Shown piece by piece: positions 60,161 to 64,000 of a DNA stretch of 64,000 bases. Numbering within the stretch: the first letter of the stretch is position 1; every line of letters begins with the position of its first letter. Source of the DNA: Nitrospirota bacterium (GTDB taxonomy: Bacteria > Nitrospirota > UBA9217); the NCBI GenBank assembly GCA_963840455.1, contig CAWIYV010000011.1, positions 288,001-352,000 on the forward strand, written 5' to 3'. The translations under genes and the position numbers were made by a program. Under the pieces are notes generated by a model that ran no database searches, was not told the origin of the DNA, and saw only the letters and a list, made by a program, of their open reading frames with translations.

Positions 60161-60297
60161 TTATTCTAATCGCTCGCTAATCCCTGCAGCAAGCTACTGG
60201 GAATGCGCTCGCTCCTGGATTCACGGTTATTCGAGCGCATCAGGGAAGTCACTGCGTTATCCCGCGGCATGCAGCAGCACCCTCTTCGGGAACAGAA

Positions 60298-61656
60298 CTA
60301 ATAGGGAGATTCGAAGCAGGTATTGAATCCCTTCGTCGCCTGTTCCCGATGCACTGCTTTCTGCAGCTCTTGCCCGCTGGCTTCAAGCAGGCTGGAAGTG
60401 GACAGTTGTGCCCAAGCACTGACATGCAAATGCCTGACTACTTTATTGGCGATCCTTTTTTTCTCATCTCGCGTGATAATCGCGCACGTTATGCTTTTGC
60501 GGCAATATCCGGAATGGCTGCAAGCGATATTGTGACACTTATCATCCGCAGTTATGCTTTTGGACAAATTCCTCGGCTGGTCAACATTGCAGCCTTTGAT
60601 CACTGCGACATGATATGCAAGGAGCTGCAGCGGTACAACGGTGACAAAGGGAACGAGCGCGGGATGGGTCGACGGCACCACGATCATGTCGTCCGCCTTG
60701 TCGCGGAAGGCAGCGGGTGAATCCGTGACCACAATGATCCTTCCCCCCAGCGCTTTCACCTCCGCGATGTTCGACAGGATCTTTCCGTGCATACCGTCGA
60801 TCGTTGCCAGGAATACAACGGGGACTCCATCCTCGATCAGCGCGATGGGGCCATGCTTCATTTCTCCCGCCGGATATCCATCAGCATGAATATTGGCGAG
60901 CTCCTTCATCTTGAGCGCGCCTTCGAGCGCGACGGGGTAGTTAATCCCACGGCCAACGTACAGTATGCTGTCCGCGGCCACCAGGGTCTTTGCGATCTTC
61001 TTGACCGCTTCTTCGGTTTGAAGCGCTTGGCTGATGAGCCTCGGCAGATCCTGCAAGAAGGGCATGAGCGTTTTGAGCTCGGGACCGCTGAGCTCGCCCT
61101 TCTTGGTGCCCAGGGCAATACCCAGGAGGCTCAGTGCGGCAAGCTGAGCGGTAAAGGCCTTGGTGGACACCACCCCGATCTCCAGCCCCGCACGTGTGTA
61201 GAGGACCGAATCCGCCTCACGCGAGGTCGCGCTGCCGACGACATTGCAGATCGTTAAGGTTCTCGCTCCTTTTTCCTTCGCTTCACGTTGTGCTGCGAGG
61301 GTATCGGCTGTTTCTCCGGACTGCGTAATGGTGATGAGTATTGTTCCTTTCGGGATGATCGGACACAAGTCCCCGAACTCCGAAGCGATGTCCACGGCCA
61401 CGGGGATGCGCACGAACTTCTCGATCATATACCGGCCAATGAGACCTGCATGGTACGAAGTACCGCAGGCTGCGATATGGACCCGCGCGAGATCGTTGAT
61501 CGTACCCGCGATGCCCATCTCATCCATGAGCCTGTCCGGGCTGTTGATCCACTCCCGCAAAGCATCCATGACCACCTGGGGTTGCTCGTATATCTCCTTG
61601 AGCATGAAATGATCGTATCCCTGCTTCTCATCCATTGCAGCCGTCCAGTCAACCAT
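60298..61656 (-). CDS. GlmS isomerase (SIS-SIS) portion only, with C-terminal extension; deaminase-like paralog or decaying glmS
   Basis: HFMLKEIYEQP, ACGTSYHAG, TQSGETADT, STKAFT, EGALKMKE, GEMKHGP, DQPRNLSKSIT; no glutaminase domain. Confidence 0.8.
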   Translation of the reverse strand: MVDWTAAMDEKQGYDHFMLKEIYEQPQVVMDALREWINSPDRLMDEMGIAGTINDLARVHIAACGTSYHAGLIGRYMIEKFVRIPVAVDIASEFGDLCPIIPKGTILITITQSGETADTLAAQREAKEKGARTLTICNVVGSATSREADSVLYTRAGLEIGVVSTKAFTAQLAALSLLGIALGTKKGELSGPELKTLMPFLQDLPRLISQALQTEEAVKKIAKTLVAADSILYVGRGINYPVALEGALKMKELANIHADGYPAGEMKHGPIALIEDGVPVVFLATIDGMHGKILSNIAEVKALGGRIIVVTDSPAAFRDKADDMIVVPSTHPALVPFVTVVPLQLLAYHVAVIKGCNVDQPRNLSKSITADDKCHNIACSHSGYCRKSITCAIITRDEKKRIANKVVRHLHVSAWAQLSTSSLLEASGQELQKAVHREQATKGFNTCFESPY

Positions 61657-62009
61657 TATGATTTTCCCTTCAAGCTGGGAGACCCCATCGGGTCAGGTCT
61701 ACTTTCTTGGTGCTGCTGTACCGTAGTAACGCCTGCGGACGGTCTCCCGGTCTTTCCGATCTTATCGTCTTTCCAATTCCACCATTTCAGCAATGCAGGG
61801 TCGTGCTTTTTCCTTGACGCGTAATACACGGAGCACCGGAAAGCATACAGGACGCAGCGGTCTATATGCATGCCGCGCAGGACGCTGAGCTTATGATACA
61901 ACCGTTCCGGATCGCAGCCTTTCAGGTCCCGGACATGACGGATACCCAGATCCAGCAGGTCCCGGGCGATGCTTTTGCCCACTCCCGGGATCGTTTGCAG
62001 CTCGTGCAT
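61656..62009 (-). CDS. Helix-hairpin-helix protein (Cdd1/TfoX-C-like)
   Basis: LQTIPGVGKSIA, DPERLY, DRCVLYAFRC, KWWNWKD. Confidence 0.85.
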   Translation of the reverse strand: MHELQTIPGVGKSIARDLLDLGIRHVRDLKGCDPERLYHKLSVLRGMHIDRCVLYAFRCSVYYASRKKHDPALLKWWNWKDDKIGKTGRPSAGVTTVQQHQESRPDPMGSPSLKGKS

Positions 62010-62052
62010 CGCGACGTGTTCATAAGAACATCCTCGACGAACCGGTTCTGCA

Positions 62053-62535
62053 TTAATTGCAATTCGAAACAACCAATTGCTCCACAAACAATATTTCCTT
62101 GGTGCTTTGCACTTCAATGAACTCAAAAGGGGAGGTAAATGCTTGCGTTACCGCGCACGTACTCCCCGGCTTTGTTACTGTTATAACAATGATGACATGA
62201 TCATTGAATTCCTGAATTTCGCTCGTTGCGATGGAATAACCGCCGGTATTCCGTTGTCCCAGATCCAAGAGAACCGCTCGTTCCGTAGAAAAATCTACCG
62301 TGTGCTCTTGAACAAATTGTACATATTCGGCCAATCGCGTATTGAGCGATGCCTGATCCCTGAAAACCTCCAGTTTTCTGTTTTTATCAACCCCGCTGAC
62401 CGGATTATCTCCCGAGACAATGACCGAAAACGGAACAGTGGGAATAGGGGTCTCTGCACGTGTATCAGACAAGCACCCTGCCAGGCAGGATACGAGCAGA
62501 ACTACGAATGCTGCGTTTTTCAATTTGATCGACAT
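62053..62535 (-). CDS. PrcB C-terminal-like lipoprotein
   Basis: LAGC lipobox, VDF, GQRNTGGYSI, VTQAFTSP. Confidence 0.78.
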   Translation of the reverse strand: MSIKLKNAAFVVLLVSCLAGCLSDTRAETPIPTVPFSVIVSGDNPVSGVDKNRKLEVFRDQASLNTRLAEYVQFVQEHTVDFSTERAVLLDLGQRNTGGYSIATSEIQEFNDHVIIVITVTKPGSTCAVTQAFTSPFEFIEVQSTKEILFVEQLVVSNCN

Positions 62536-62637
62536 ATATGCCTCCTCTGTGACCGGCAAGGATTCAGTTCACATCTCGCACACCAGGTCCTCGATCTCCT
62601 TCGAGAAGACACCGAAGTTCACCTAGTAGCGTCATAT

Positions 62638-64000
62638 CTATTTCCAGTCAATATAGCGGATCCGGGTGATGCCCGGGATCAACCTGCCCAGGTCCCGGCC
62701 GTCCTTGCTCATGAGCCGGGCGTCGGTGTACCCCACGCTCTTGAGATAGACCAGGTACTGCCCGGTGGGATCATGGACTGGCAGCCAGTTGACCCAACCG
62801 TCGGCAAGCAGGGTACGCTCTCCAGTCCCGTCGATGCGGGACTCGATGATGTTCCAGGGAGAATAGATCGCCCAGGGGTCCTGGCTATAGTTCGTGTCCC
62901 TGGTGAACCGTTCAAAAACTGCTACCGTGTTCGTGGTTGTGGGATCATGGTCGGACGTGCCCAGCGAATTGGTCAATTGTGTGACCACTGTTCCATCAGC
63001 ATGCATGACGGCGATGCGCACCTGGTCCGGCAGAAGCGGATTGAACCGGTCGGTCTTGAACACGATGCGGCCGTCAGGCAGCCAGTCGGGATCATTGTCA
63101 TTGACACCCGGGGGCGTCAGGTCCTGTATTTCCAGGCCCGTAGCCGAGGTCATGGTCACGAGGGATGCATCCCAACCGTCGCGGAAAGAAGCATAGACGA
63201 TCTTACTGTCGTCGGGCGACCAGGCCGGGTGGCCATCCAGGATCGTGTTGGTCGTCAAGGTGGTAAGGCTGGCACCACTCACATCGACGGTATATATCTC
63301 CCATGTCGTGTAGTTGGTTGAGCTGGGACCGCCGTAAAATGCGAGCCGCGTGCCGTCGTGGGATAATGAGACGCCGTCCATGTACAGACCCGTAGTATGC
63401 GTTACGCGGGTCACGACCTTTGTGGCCGGATCGAAGGTATACAGTTCTCCCGCCGGATTCTCGTGATCGCTGATGAAAGCGATGAGGCCGGTCAGGTCGC
63501 TCGGAATCTGCGGCTGATCATGGGGCGCGGGAGCGACATAGGGCAACAGTGGCCAACCGCTGCTGTCCATGCCCACAGACATATTGGCAGGGCCACTTAG
63601 GCTGCCAACGTTCCCGGCCAAAGCCACCGGCTGGATGTTGTCCAGGAGATTGATGTTGAAGTGGGTGTTCGCGTTAAGAACGCCGTCCTCAACCTTCGCA
63701 TCCGGCGCCAGCGGGATCAGGAACTCGGCATGGTATTTCCCCGCTGAATAGGTCATTTTGCCGAGGCCGTCCCCGACAGCGTCATTATCATCATTCCCGG
63801 CGCTGACATTATGAATATCGCTGTACCCGGAGCCGTAGATGTGCTTGACAAGCCGGCGGGCGTCCTCGTTCGCATCGAACGTGCCATTTCCGTTGTTGTC
63901 GAACATGATGACGACACCGTCAAAATGCGTGCTTGAATCGAAAGGGACGAAAGGGTCAAATGTGTCCGAGATGGCATCATTCCACTCCATGGCGACGTAG
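62638..64000 (-). CDS. TolB-like (PD40) beta-propeller protein, 5' end beyond the window
   Basis: IAFIS, SHDGTRLAF, PAWSPDDSKIVY, PDWLPDGRIVF. Confidence 0.8.
   Translation of the reverse strand, partial: YVAMEWNDAISDTFDPFVPFDSSTHFDGVVIMFDNNGNGTFDANEDARRLVKHIYGSGYSDIHNVSAGNDDNDAVGDGLGKMTYSAGKYHAEFLIPLAPDAKVEDGVLNANTHFNINLLDNIQPVALAGNVGSLSGPANMSVGMDSSGWPLLPYVAPAPHDQPQIPSDLTGLIAFISDHENPAGELYTFDPATKVVTRVTHTTGLYMDGVSLSHDGTRLAFYGGPSSTNYTTWEIYTVDVSGASLTTLTTNTILDGHPAWSPDDSKIVYASFRDGWDASLVTMTSATGLEIQDLTPPGVNDNDPDWLPDGRIVFKTDRFNPLLPDQVRIAVMHADGTVVTQLTNSLGTSDHDPTTTNTVAVFERFTRDTNYSQDPWAIYSPWNIIESRIDGTGERTLLADGWVNWLPVHDPTGQYLVYLKSVGYTDARLMSKDGRDLGRLIPGITRIRYIDWK

Overview
A GC-rich chromosomal window, probably from an anaerobic Nitrospirota- or Deltaproteobacteria-like bacterium (inferred from gene content). 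It holds mostly housekeeping and signalling genes: glgC, a TrpE/PabB-family synthase, DAHP synthase, tsaD, ilvA, pstS, chemotaxis genes and two-component systems. Five things stand out. (1) A ~335-nt highly structured, apparently independently transcribed non-coding element at 2809-3143, closed by a 27-bp stem whose only imperfections are G-U pairs on the + strand; I cannot assign it to a known RNA class. (2) A selenoprotein missed by the ORF track: a rhodanese lipoprotein with an in-frame UGA at the catalytic position and a SECIS-like hairpin, in an operon with a small CxC-terminal protein and an ExtI-like porin. (3) A PhoB-type island with four Pho-box promoters of identical geometry, driving psiE, two micro-proteins, a GH1 glycosidase, a glucosylceramide-synthase-like GT, a PHP phosphoesterase, a sensor-less kinase and pstS; this is a candidate phosphate-starvation lipid-remodelling system. 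(4) A sigma54-driven sulfur assimilation cluster (sulfite-reductase-like/TusA fusion, Cys desulfurase, CysM, JAMM protease). (5) Several families of non-coding palindromic repeat modules nested inside one another. No CRISPR array, rRNA, intact tRNA or transposase gene was found. All calls come from reading the sequence; no searches or folding programs were run.
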